A stretch of DNA of 64,000 bases from NCBI GenBank assembly GCA_037445735.1, contig JBBIJY010000002.1:96001-160000 (forward strand), read 5' to 3'. The translations under genes were made by a program, and so were the position numbers. Each line of letters begins with the position of its first letter. The stretch's first letter is position 1. Origin of the DNA: Armatimonadota bacterium (lineage in GTDB: Bacteria > Armatimonadota > Fimbriimonadia > Fimbriimonadales > GBS-DC). Shown one piece after another: positions 8,909-18,172 of the stretch. Under the pieces are notes generated by a model, which saw nothing but the letters and a program-made list of their open reading frames with translations, had not been told where the DNA came from and searched no databases.

Positions 8909-10399
8909 CTAACGGTGGGCGCGTTCGATGGCTCGCAGGGCTGCCATCGCCTTGTTGAGGCACTCCTGATACTCGCGTTCAGGCTGCGAATCGGCGACAA
9001 TCCCCGCCCCCGCCTGCACATGCGCGACGCCATCCTTGAGCAGGATGGTGCGGATGGTGATGCAGGTGTCCATGTCGCCCGTGTAGCTGAAGTAGCCGAC
9101 GGCGCCCGCATAGGGTCCACGGCGGGTCGGTTCCAGCTCCTCAATAATCTCCATCGCCCTCACTTTGGGCGCACCTGCCACCGTGCCCGCGGGGAAGCAG
9201 GCGCGCAACACATCGAAGCTGTCCACGCCCGCCTTCAGCTGCCCGCGCACCTCCGACACGATATGCATCACATGCGAGTAGCGCTCAATCACCATCAGCT
9301 CGGGCACATGCACCGTGCCATATTCGCAGACGCGCCCCAGATCGTTGCGCCCCAGATCGACCAGCATGATATGCTCGGCGCGTTCCTTCTCGTCAGCGAG
9401 CAGTTCCTGCGCGAGTTGCTGGTCTTCGGCGTCGTTCGCGCCGCGCGGGCGTGTGCCCGCAATCGGGCGCGTGGTCGCCTGACGCCCCTCCACCGTCACC
9501 AGCACCTCTGGAGACGCGCCAATCAGCGTCATGTCGTCCATGCGCAGGAAAAACATATAGGGCGATGGGTTGATGGAGCGCAGAGTGCGATAGATGTTGA
9601 GCGCGGGCGCACGCACAGGCTGACTGAACCGCTGGGACAGCACCACCTGAATGCAGTCGCCCGCATAGATATACTCTCTCGCGCGCTCCACCGCCTTCAG
9701 AAACGCCTCGCGCGTCATGTTCGGCGTCGGATTGAGCTGAAAAGCGGGGTCCTCAAACGGCGGCGGGGGCGGCAGCGGGCGATTGAGCCAGTTCAATACG
9801 CATTCGATACGCTCCGTCGCTCGCCGATACGCGCTCGACGGGTCGGCGCACGGCGGCGCGTTCACCAGCACCTGAATGCGATGCAACACATGGTCGAAAA
9901 TCAGCAGCACTTCGGGAAAGATGAGGCAGCAGTCGTCGGTTTGTAAATCGTCTGCGGTCTGGTCAGGCAGGCGTTCGAGGAAGCGCACATAGTCGTAAGC
10001 GATATAGCCGACCGCGCCGCCGGTGAATCGGGGCAGTTGCGGGTCGCGCCGATAGCGGAACCGGTAGAGCAGTGCGCGCACGGCGTCGAGCGGGTCCTGG
10101 TTCGGGGGCAGCTCCAGCGTTCGCCAGCCTGTGTCGCGCTCCCACAGGCGCACGATGCGCCCTTGAGAACGCACAATCGCCGTCGGTGCAAAGCCGATGA
10201 AGGAGTAGCGCGCGATGCGCTCGCCCCCGCTCACGCTCTCCAGCAAAAAGGCATACGGCTCATCACCGACCACCTTGTAGAACGCGGAGAGGGGCGTCTC
10301 CCAGTCTGCCAGCACCGCCTGATGGACAGGCGCCATCAGACCCGCTGACTGCCAGCGGCAAAACGCATCCTCATCAGGCTGAATCGCCAGCCTATACAC
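8909..10399 (-). CDS. trpE: Anthranilate synthase component I
   Basis: LLESVSGGERIARYS, NPSPYMF, KERAEHIMLVDLGRNDLGRV, QAGAGIVADS. Confidence 0.9.
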   Translation of the reverse strand: MYRLAIQPDEDAFCRWQSAGLMAPVHQAVLADWETPLSAFYKVVGDEPYAFLLESVSGGERIARYSFIGFAPTAIVRSQGRIVRLWERDTGWRTLELPPNQDPLDAVRALLYRFRYRRDPQLPRFTGGAVGYIAYDYVRFLERLPDQTADDLQTDDCCLIFPEVLLIFDHVLHRIQVLVNAPPCADPSSAYRRATERIECVLNWLNRPLPPPPPFEDPAFQLNPTPNMTREAFLKAVERAREYIYAGDCIQVVLSQRFSQPVRAPALNIYRTLRSINPSPYMFFLRMDDMTLIGASPEVLVTVEGRQATTRPIAGTRPRGANDAEDQQLAQELLADEKERAEHIMLVDLGRNDLGRVCEYGTVHVPELMVIERYSHVMHIVSEVRGQLKAGVDSFDVLRACFPAGTVAGAPKVRAMEIIEELEPTRRGPYAGAVGYFSYTGDMDTCITIRTILLKDGVAHVQAGAGIVADSQPEREYQECLNKAMAALRAIERAHR

Positions 10400-10524
10400 C
10401 GTCGGGCGAACCCCCTCGATTCGTCCAGCTTGACCCTGCCCGCCTGTATGCGCACTCCATCGGCACCGTCCCGAAGTATACCTGCTGGCAGGAAAGGGCG
10501 CCTGTCTGCTGAACTCAGGAGGGG

Positions 10525-11601
10525 ATGAAACGCACGGCTTTATATGAGGCGCATCGGCAGCTGGGCGCGCGCATGGTGGAGTTCGCGGGCTGGGAGATGC
10601 CCATCCAGTACCAGAGCATTCTGGACGAGGCGCGCGCCGTGCGCACCCGCTGGGGCATCTTCGATGTGAGCCATATGGGGCGCGCCTGCCTGCGCGGTGA
10701 GAACACCATCCCGTTCCTGAACCTGTTAGTGCCCAGCGATCTGGGCAAGCTGGGCGACAACAGCGCGCTCTACACCGTACTGACCAACGAGCGCGGCGGC
10801 GTCGTGGACGATATTATTCTCTATCGGCAATCGCCCGACCAGTGGCTGATGGTGTTCAACGCCGCCAACCACGCCAAAGACCTCGCGTGGCTCCAGCACT
10901 GGCAGGGACGGTTCAATCCGCCACCCACCATCGAGGACCAGACTGAGCGCACGGTGATGATTGCGGTTCAGGGACCCGAAGCGGTGGCGCATCTGACGGC
11001 ATTGTTGACGCCGCGCCTCGCCGATGTGCCGCGTTTTGGGGCGCTCGCGTTTGAATGGCGCGGAGTGCCCGTTTTTGCGGGGCGCACAGGCTATACGGGT
11101 GAAGATGGTTTTGAGTTGATTGTGCCTGCGGAGGCGGGTGAGGCACTCTGGGAGACCTTGCTGCAGGCGGGCGCGACACCCTGCGGGCTGGGCGCCCGCG
11201 ATGTGCTGCGCGTGGAAGCGGGACTCCACCTCTATGGACACGAGCTGACCGACGAGACGAACCCCATCGAGGCGGGGCTGGGCTGGCTCGTGAGCGAGCG
11301 CACCGACTACATCGGCGCGGACATCATTCAGCGGGTCAAAGCCGAGGGCGCTGCGCGCCGCCTGATGGGGATCGTGCTGCAGGAGCGCGGCGTGCCCCGT
11401 GAGGGCTACCCCGTGCTGATTGAGGGGCAGGCGGTGGCGCAGCTCACCAGCGGCGTCTACTCGCCCACGCTCGAATGCGGCATCGGCATGGCGTATCTGC
11501 CCGCTGAATGGGCGAAGGCAGGCACGCCCTGCGCGGTGGAGATTCGCGGACGCGCCGTGCCCGCGCTGATCACCACCCGCCGCTTCCTCAAACGAGGCTG
11601 A
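10525..11601 (+). CDS. gcvT: Glycine cleavage system aminomethyltransferase T
   Basis: FAGWEMPIQY, FDVSHMG, RTGYTGEDGFE, GLGARDVLRVEAG. AGGAGG RBS. Confidence 0.95.
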   Translation: MKRTALYEAHRQLGARMVEFAGWEMPIQYQSILDEARAVRTRWGIFDVSHMGRACLRGENTIPFLNLLVPSDLGKLGDNSALYTVLTNERGGVVDDIILYRQSPDQWLMVFNAANHAKDLAWLQHWQGRFNPPPTIEDQTERTVMIAVQGPEAVAHLTALLTPRLADVPRFGALAFEWRGVPVFAGRTGYTGEDGFELIVPAEAGEALWETLLQAGATPCGLGARDVLRVEAGLHLYGHELTDETNPIEAGLGWLVSERTDYIGADIIQRVKAEGAARRLMGIVLQERGVPREGYPVLIEGQAVAQLTSGVYSPTLECGIGMAYLPAEWAKAGTPCAVEIRGRAVPALITTRRFLKRG

Positions 11602-12676
11602 TCTGGCACCACTGGCGCAAAATCCACTCGACACCACGCTGCTGCACCCAATCGCGCAACTGCACCGACTCGGCGTCGTTCGGGTCATGGTAGTGGAGCG
11701 CGGCAAGGATTGCCTCCCGGAACGGCTCGCTATCCTCACCATGCTCGCGCAGCAGGCGATACGCGCCCACCAGTCGGTCATCGGCACGCAGCTTGCGCAA
11801 CGGCTCGCGTGCCACCCGCGCGATAGGGTCGTTCAGCGCAGGATGCTGGATGCGAGCCACGATGTCGGCGACCGTTTGATGATGCTCGTCCGGATCAAAC
11901 GCGAACGCCTTCAGCAGCGCCCGCTCCAGTGCCGCCGCCGCGCGCTCGAACCGCTCGCGAATAGAAGCGTCGTTGAGGGCTTGCTGAATGGTGGCGTAGC
12001 CTTTCTGTGCGCCCAGATAGGCGACCAGCGCATGCAGCCCATTATGCACATAGAGCTTGCGCAGGAAATAGTGCTCGAAAGGGCGCACGGGATGGACGCC
12101 TTCGATGGGGGGCAGCTCGCCGCGAATCGCGTCAGCGTCGATGAGCAGGCGGTCGTGGCGCTCGGCTCGCACGCCGGGCGGATCGCCGGGCAGTTCCGCC
12201 ACCACCTGCCGCTCAACCACGCACCGCACCAGCGCCACCGCCTCATCCAGAGCCACATCGGGCAGCGCGGTTCGAAGCGCGTCGCGCACAATCTGGTCGG
12301 CATGCTGTTCGTTCTCGCCCAGCAGCAGGTGGAGCGGCGGGCGCTGATGGGCGGCACGCATGCGCAGCCCCTCCGTTAGCAGGGGCGCGATCGCAGGCAG
12401 GGCGCTGGCTCCCACCGCCGTCGCGCCAATCACCGCGTTCAGGCACACCTGCGCAATCGCCTCGCGCTCTGCTGTGTGCAACGCCTGCACGGGCGCAATC
12501 GTTTCCCGCTCGCCATCGAGCCACTCAATCCAGCAGGCGCGATGGCGCTGCAGGCTCTGCACCAGCTCCGGGCGCGCCTCCACGAACACCACCTCCAGCC
12601 CCGCGCGGGTGAACAACTGGGCGAACAGCCCGCGCCCAATCCTGCCCGCGCCGAACTGAAGGGCGATCGCCGACAT
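11588..12676 (-). CDS. Mannitol-1-phosphate 5-dehydrogenase-like (polyol dehydrogenase family)
   Basis: QFGAGRIGRG Rossmann motif, RKLYVHNGLHALVAYLG catalytic segment, RVAREPLRKL..DDRL. Confidence 0.75.
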   Translation of the reverse strand: MSAIALQFGAGRIGRGLFAQLFTRAGLEVVFVEARPELVQSLQRHRACWIEWLDGERETIAPVQALHTAEREAIAQVCLNAVIGATAVGASALPAIAPLLTEGLRMRAAHQRPPLHLLLGENEQHADQIVRDALRTALPDVALDEAVALVRCVVERQVVAELPGDPPGVRAERHDRLLIDADAIRGELPPIEGVHPVRPFEHYFLRKLYVHNGLHALVAYLGAQKGYATIQQALNDASIRERFERAAAALERALLKAFAFDPDEHHQTVADIVARIQHPALNDPIARVAREPLRKLRADDRLVGAYRLLREHGEDSEPFREAILAALHYHDPNDAESVQLRDWVQQRGVEWILRQWCQISLV

Positions 12677-12679
12677 GCG

Positions 12680-14020
12680 CTAATTATCACCCACTGTGCC
12701 GAAGTTAAACAGCACGGTCAGCAGGTCGGCGTCGTCCACCACGCCGTCGCCGTTCAGGTCCTCCGACAAGCCAGAACCCGTCTGCCCGAAGGCGAACAGC
12801 ACCATCAGCAGGTCGGCATCGTCGATCACATTATCGCCGTTAATATCGCCGTTGATAAGGTTGAACACCAGCCCGGAAACATCGGAGTTCAGCGATACAT
12901 TGCGGATGACCCGCCACAGGCTGGTGGGCGCACGGCAGGCAAGATTGTAAGTGCCCGACATCAGCGAAGTGTAGGTGGTGAAGTTGCCGTTCGAATCGGT
13001 GTTGAGGGTGCGTTGCTGGCGTACCTGATTGCTGCTCGGCTCCCGAATCTCCAGCGTAAAGGGTACCGTCTGCAACGCCTGCCGATCGAAATTGATGCGT
13101 CCCGAAATAAATCGCCGCACAGGGGTGTAGTCGGTGAGCATGATGTCATACCAGCCCCCTGCTCGTCCACCCGCGTAGCTGAACCCCTCGACCAGGATAT
13201 AGTAGATACCTGCTGGCAGATTCTGGAGCACGACCCGCGAGGTGAAGGGATTGAAGGGGTCATGGGGGTCATCATCGTTGGCGGCGAGCGGGTTGAACGC
13301 CGAGTCATAAACGGTTACGACGGTATCGGTCGCGCCGAATGTGCGCACAGTAAGGTTGCCGGTGCCGATTTCGACGCGGTAGTAGTCTAAATCGGTCTGG
13401 CGATAGGTCAGGAAGGCATTCAAGATTAGCGTGAAATCGTCGGCAAGGTTGCCCACATCGGTGGCGGTGGCGAAGGTATTGTTCGTGCCATTCACCTCGT
13501 AAGGGTCATAGTCGGGCGCGGTGCTGCCATCGAACAGGCGCAGGGTGTAGCGGAAGCGTGCCAGCTCACCCGAGGCAGTTATCGAGCGTACCTGCACATA
13601 GTAGGTGCCTGCGGAAAGGCTGATGGTGATGCCCGAATCGGCGTTCGTGAAAGAGGTATCACGGTTGCCGCGTGTGCTGTCGTTGGGCACATCGTCATCG
13701 TTTTCCGCTATCAAGCCGCCGCTGCTGTTATAAAGCGCCAGCACCGAGTCGAAGGTGGTGTCCACACGGAAGGTGTAGGTGCCCGATTGCAGCACCTGGA
13801 AGCGGAAGTAGTCCAGGTCGCCATCGGGGTTGATCAAGCCCCGAATAACCTTCATCACGCGCTGGTTGGTGGAATCGCGTCCCACAACACCCACATTGTG
13901 GGCATTCGCGATGGTATCGTTCAGCTCCTGTTCGGTCAGAAACTCGATGCGCGGCGTTTGCGCAGCCGCGAGCATCAATGTCAGTCCCAGCATCCCAATC
14001 AGTATCGTTTCCCTTCGCAT
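12680..14020 (-). CDS. Secreted protein with two PPC-like (pre-peptidase C-terminal) domains and a C-terminal dockerin-like domain
   Basis: Signal peptide; DLDYFRF...DSVLALYNSSG.LIAENDD and DLDYYRV...DTVVTVYDS...AANDD repeats; GDINGDNVIDDADLL...EDLNGDGVVDDADLL tail. Confidence 0.8.
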   Translation of the reverse strand: MRRETILIGMLGLTLMLAAAQTPRIEFLTEQELNDTIANAHNVGVVGRDSTNQRVMKVIRGLINPDGDLDYFRFQVLQSGTYTFRVDTTFDSVLALYNSSGGLIAENDDDVPNDSTRGNRDTSFTNADSGITISLSAGTYYVQVRSITASGELARFRYTLRLFDGSTAPDYDPYEVNGTNNTFATATDVGNLADDFTLILNAFLTYRQTDLDYYRVEIGTGNLTVRTFGATDTVVTVYDSAFNPLAANDDDPHDPFNPFTSRVVLQNLPAGIYYILVEGFSYAGGRAGGWYDIMLTDYTPVRRFISGRINFDRQALQTVPFTLEIREPSSNQVRQQRTLNTDSNGNFTTYTSLMSGTYNLACRAPTSLWRVIRNVSLNSDVSGLVFNLINGDINGDNVIDDADLLMVLFAFGQTGSGLSEDLNGDGVVDDADLLTVLFNFGTVGDN

Positions 14021-14059
14021 GGCTCCTTTCCCGTGCCTCTATTATAGCACAGATGTGCC

Positions 14060-14752
14060 TTAAAGCAGCCCCTGCTCGCGGAAACTGGTATATCTGCCGT
14101 CGCCGATGATGATGTGATCGAGCAGTTCGATGCCGAGCAAGTTGCCTGCTTCGCGCAGGCGGCGGGTGATGGCGATGTCTTCGGGGCTGGGGGTGGGGTC
14201 GCCGCTGGGATGGTTGTGGGCGGCAATCCAGCAGGCGGCGCCTTCGCGGATAGCAGCGCGATACACCTCACGCGGATGCACCAGACTGCTATCCAGCGTG
14301 CCGATGGAGATGGTCTCCGCGCGAAGCACCCGATTTTTAATGTCCAGCAGCACGGCAATAAAATGTTCGCGTTTCTCAAACAGCAGGTCTGCATAAAGCA
14401 GGTTGTAGACATCTTCGGGCGAGCGGATTTGCGGGCGTTCCTGGAAGGTGCTGATGGCGACGCGGCGTCCCAGCTCCATCGCGGCGGCAATCTGGGTCGC
14501 TTTCGCCAGCCCCATGCCTTTGATGGCGGCTAACTCGCGCACGGTGGCGTTCAGCACGCCGCGCAAGCCGTTGAACCGCTGGAGCAGCTCCTGCGCCAGC
14601 TGCAGCGCGGAGCGCTGGCGTGTGCCCGTGCGCAATAAGATGGCGAGCAGTTCATGGTCGCGCAGGCTCGCCGCGCCCCATGTCGCCAGCTTCTCGCGCG
14701 GGCGCTCCGAAGCGGGCAGCTCCCGAATAGTCGTATAGGTTGTCGGTTCCAT
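14060..14752 (-). CDS. radC: RadC family JAB-domain protein
   Basis: ERPREKL, ELLAILLRTG, VHPREV, AHNHPSGDPTPSPED, LLDHIIIG. Confidence 0.95.
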   Translation of the reverse strand: MEPTTYTTIRELPASERPREKLATWGAASLRDHELLAILLRTGTRQRSALQLAQELLQRFNGLRGVLNATVRELAAIKGMGLAKATQIAAAMELGRRVAISTFQERPQIRSPEDVYNLLYADLLFEKREHFIAVLLDIKNRVLRAETISIGTLDSSLVHPREVYRAAIREGAACWIAAHNHPSGDPTPSPEDIAITRRLREAGNLLGIELLDHIIIGDGRYTSFREQGLL

Positions 14753-14759
14753 CGTTCAC

Positions 14760-15269
14760 CTATAGTGCCTTTTTGAGGCGGGTATGCACCGCGTCCAGCA
14801 GGGAGTGAACCGCGCCGCCGGCGATCAGCCCGATCAGCAGCGCCAGCACCTCCTGCCGATAGGTGAGCATCCAGTCGGTGGCGTGCAGCAGCCAGCTCTG
14901 GGCGTCCACCTGCAACGCCAGTCCGATGCGCGTCAGCAGCCAGCTGATAACGCTCACGAACAGCACCAGCATCGCAATCAGGTAGGCGACGCGCAGCAGC
15001 GGACCGATGCCCAGCCCGTGCGAAATCCAGCTCCGATGGGGCACCAGCTTCTGATAGGGATACCACAGCACGCGCAGGGGTCCCCAGCGGTAGTACGCGC
15101 TGGAGCGCGTGTCGAGATCGCTGGAGAGCCAGATGCCCGAAAAGGTGTAGCTGGCGATGGCGAGCCAGGCGAGCGGGCGCGTCTCCGGCGGCAGATAGAT
15201 CGTCGAGAGCGGGATCGCTCCTGCCGCCGTCGCGACGGTCACCCAGTCATGCACCTTGCCCGATGGCAT
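14760..15269 (-). CDS. Putative metal-binding membrane protein (DUF2227-like)
   Basis: MPSGKVHD, LSSDLD, RWG.LR.LW.PY, HRSWISHG and terminal HxxxD motifs. Confidence 0.75.
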   Translation of the reverse strand: MPSGKVHDWVTVATAAGAIPLSTIYLPPETRPLAWLAIASYTFSGIWLSSDLDTRSSAYYRWGPLRVLWYPYQKLVPHRSWISHGLGIGPLLRVAYLIAMLVLFVSVISWLLTRIGLALQVDAQSWLLHATDWMLTYRQEVLALLIGLIAGGAVHSLLDAVHTRLKKAL

Positions 15270-15282
15270 CGCCGTTGTTGCC

Positions 15283-16323
15283 CTATAAGCCAGCCGCTTT
15301 GCGCATCTTATCGATGGCGCGGGCTTCCAGCTGGCGCACGCGCTCGCGACTGAGGTTCAGCGCGCGCCCGATTTCCGCCAGGGTGAGCGGTTGCGCCCCT
15401 CCCAGCCCGTAGCGCAGCTCGATCACGGTGCGTTCCTTCTCGTTCAGCACGCCGAGCAACGGCTCCAGATCGAACTCTTCTTCGATGGGCGGCGGCTCTT
15501 CAGCAATCAGGTCGAGCAGGGTCGCCTCCTCGCCACCGCCGCCGACGGGCGTTTCGAGGGAGATGGGTCGCGCAACGGCGTTCAACAGATTGCCGACCTG
15601 TTCGACGCTCATGCCGGTGTGCTGGGCGATCTCGTGCAGAGTGGGCTGGCGTCCGAACTGTTGCTGAAGCAGGGCAGCGGTCTGACGCACGCGGCGCAGC
15701 GCTTTGATGAGGTGCTCGGGCAGGCGTACCGTCACCGCCTGCACCTGCAGCGCCCGCCCAATCTGGTGGCGGATCCACCATGCAGCATAGGTGGAGAAGC
15801 GGGTGCCCTTTTCCGGGCGGAACAGGCTCACCGCTCGCATCAGCCCCAGCGTGCCCTCCTGAATCAGGTCAGCGAGCGGCAATCCGCGTCCCGTGTAGTG
15901 GCGAGCGATGGAGAGAACCAGCCGCAGGTTCGATTCGATCAGCCGTTCGCGGGCGGTCTCGTCGCCTTCACGCGCCTGACGGGCGAGTTCCTGCTCCTCA
16001 TCGGGCGTCAGGCGCGGGGCACGCACCGCCTGCCGAATCCACCACTGCACCGGGTCATCGAGCACTTCGCTCTCCATCTGCTCGATGGCGCGGTCGGCTT
16101 CTTCTGCCAGCAGGTGCAGCTCCTGCTCGGCTGCCTCGCTACCCGGCAGCACAGGAATGCCCTCCTGCTCAAGAACCGCGAGCGCCTCCTCGATGGCTTC
16201 GGGTTCGAGCAGTTCGGGCAGGCTCTCCATCAGCTCCTCCACCGTGATGTAGCCCTGCTGACGCCCCTTTTCGATGAGCGCGAGCATCTGGTCCGAGTCG
16301 TAGCCCGATGGTATCTCGTGCAT
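15283..16323 (-). CDS. Sigma-70 family RNA polymerase sigma factor, RpoD-like but divergent
   Basis: Region 1.1 (KGRQQGYIT), 2.1 NLRLVLSIA, 2.2 DLIQEG, 2.3/2.4 RFSTYAAWWIR, 4.2 TLAEIG...SRERVRQLE. GGAGG RBS before ATG 16323. Confidence 0.85.
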   Translation of the reverse strand: MHEIPSGYDSDQMLALIEKGRQQGYITVEELMESLPELLEPEAIEEALAVLEQEGIPVLPGSEAAEQELHLLAEEADRAIEQMESEVLDDPVQWWIRQAVRAPRLTPDEEQELARQAREGDETARERLIESNLRLVLSIARHYTGRGLPLADLIQEGTLGLMRAVSLFRPEKGTRFSTYAAWWIRHQIGRALQVQAVTVRLPEHLIKALRRVRQTAALLQQQFGRQPTLHEIAQHTGMSVEQVGNLLNAVARPISLETPVGGGGEEATLLDLIAEEPPPIEEEFDLEPLLGVLNEKERTVIELRYGLGGAQPLTLAEIGRALNLSRERVRQLEARAIDKMRKAAGL

Positions 16324-16352
16324 TGCCGTCCTCCATAACTGCCTTTCACGAT

Positions 16353-18146
16353 TTAAGATTCGACGCGCAGGCGCCAGTATTCCTGCCACTTATCGGGGTC
16401 GGGTGGCGTATCGCTGTGGGTGAGTTCATGGAGGAGCTGCAGGCGGCGGGCGCGCTCCTGGCGCCGACGGAGGTAGGTGATGCAGTCGGCGACGGTGGCG
16501 GGCGTCAGCGGCGGCTCGGTCTGCATCAGCAGGCTGGTCAAAAGCGCCTGCAACGGCTCCTGATGGAGGGTCTCAAGCAGCTCGCGCGGGGTGTATCGGT
16601 AGGGCGGTTGAGGGAGTTGCTGGAGCGCTTTGGCGAGCGCGGCATGGTCGGGCAGGCTCCACTCGATCTGGGGCAGCTGTTCCCATGCGGAGGCAGCGGT
16701 TTCGGGCGACAGCACCGCCCGCAGAAGCGTGCGCTCGGCATCGATCACGGCGCGCGGCAGCTCAACGGAGAGCGTGGGCACCTCTGGGGCAGGCGCCTGC
16801 GTTGCCGTGGCGTGGGCAGGTCGGCGTTGCGCGCGTTGCAGGCGTCGCACATCGCGCCAGAGCGACTCTATCGCAGCCTGGGGACTGGTCAAATAAGCGG
16901 GGCTGAGCGGTGCCAGCTGTTGCAGGCAGGCGGTCTGATCCGTGTGGCTGGTCAATCGCGCCACGAACACCAGCGCCTCCCGCAGCAGGCGCGTGCGCGC
17001 TGCGAGATTGAGCTGCTCCGCACGCGCCACACCCGCCTGCTGGAGATGCTCGCGCATAATCTGCTCCAGCCCGAACAGCGCCGCAGGGCGTGCCCGCTCG
17101 ATGGCTTGTTGCAGCGCCTCGGCGCCCTGCGCCCGCAACAGGCTATCGGGGTCTTCACCCGTCGGCAGCTCCACAATCAACGCCGTGATGCCTGCCCCCT
17201 CCAGAATCTCGGCTGCCCGCAGCGCGGCTCGAACCCCGGCGCTGTCCGAATCGTAGAGCAGATAGACGCGCTCGGCGATGCGCCGCAGCCGCGCCGCGTG
17301 CTGCTCGGTGAACGCTGTGCCCAGTGTCGCGACCGCATGGTCGAACCCGAACTGGTGCAACATCACCAGGTCCATATAGCCCTCGACCACAATCGCGCTG
17401 CGCTGCCTCACGATGGCGCCCCGCGCCAGATGCCAGCCGTAGAGGGTGTCGCGCTTCTGGAAGAGCGCGGTTTCAGGCGTGTTGAGGTACCTGGGCTCCT
17501 CGTCGCCCAGCACGCGCCCGCCGAACGCGATCACGCGCCCCGACGGGTCATGAATCGGGAACACGATACGGTGGCGCAGGTAGTCATAGAACCCCTGCTC
17601 GCCCTGACGGACCAGCCCGGCGGCGAGCGCATCTTCGCGGCTGACCTGATGCCGCTGCAGAAATCGGAGCAGGTGATCCCAGCCGTCGGGTGCATAGCCC
17701 AGCTGGAACCGCTCGATGGTGGCAGGGGTCAGTCCCCGCTGGTGCAGGTAGCGCTGGGCGCGGGCGGAACGCCGCAGGCACTGGCGATAATAGAAGTGGG
17801 CGGCGAACAGCGCCCGATGGAGACGGTCGCGCTCGTCGGGGGCTTCCGATGGTTCCTGTGGTTCCTGACGCAGTTCGATGCCTGCCTGCGCCGCCAGTCG
17901 GCGCAACGCCTCACGGAAGGAGATGCCCTCGATGCGCATCAGAAAGGCGAAGGCGTCGCCCGACGCCCCGCACCCGAAGCAGTGGAACCGGTTCAGGCTT
18001 GGACTAACATAGAACGAGGGCGTGCGCTCGGTGTGGAAGGGACATAGCCCTTTGAAGTTGCTGCCCGCTCGCTCCAGCGCCACATAGCCTGAAACCAGTT
18101 CCACCAGATCGATGCGCTCACGGATCTCCTCACGCAGGTCGCGCAT
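16353..18146 (-). CDS. dnaG: DNA primase
   Basis: CPFHTERTPSF...CFGC zinc-binding domain, FGGR, YLNTPET, VEGYMD, DSDSAG and DPD Toprim motifs. Confidence 0.95.
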   Translation of the reverse strand: MRDLREEIRERIDLVELVSGYVALERAGSNFKGLCPFHTERTPSFYVSPSLNRFHCFGCGASGDAFAFLMRIEGISFREALRRLAAQAGIELRQEPQEPSEAPDERDRLHRALFAAHFYYRQCLRRSARAQRYLHQRGLTPATIERFQLGYAPDGWDHLLRFLQRHQVSREDALAAGLVRQGEQGFYDYLRHRIVFPIHDPSGRVIAFGGRVLGDEEPRYLNTPETALFQKRDTLYGWHLARGAIVRQRSAIVVEGYMDLVMLHQFGFDHAVATLGTAFTEQHAARLRRIAERVYLLYDSDSAGVRAALRAAEILEGAGITALIVELPTGEDPDSLLRAQGAEALQQAIERARPAALFGLEQIMREHLQQAGVARAEQLNLAARTRLLREALVFVARLTSHTDQTACLQQLAPLSPAYLTSPQAAIESLWRDVRRLQRAQRRPAHATATQAPAPEVPTLSVELPRAVIDAERTLLRAVLSPETAASAWEQLPQIEWSLPDHAALAKALQQLPQPPYRYTPRELLETLHQEPLQALLTSLLMQTEPPLTPATVADCITYLRRRQERARRLQLLHELTHSDTPPDPDKWQEYWRLRVES

Positions 18147-18172
18147 GCAACAGGGTCGCCTCGCTTCGATAA

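Noticed and set aside
14060-14752. radC as a marker of a mobile element
   Set aside because: It is the full-length chromosomal form in an operon-like run with dnaG and the sigma factor, with no mobility genes nearby.
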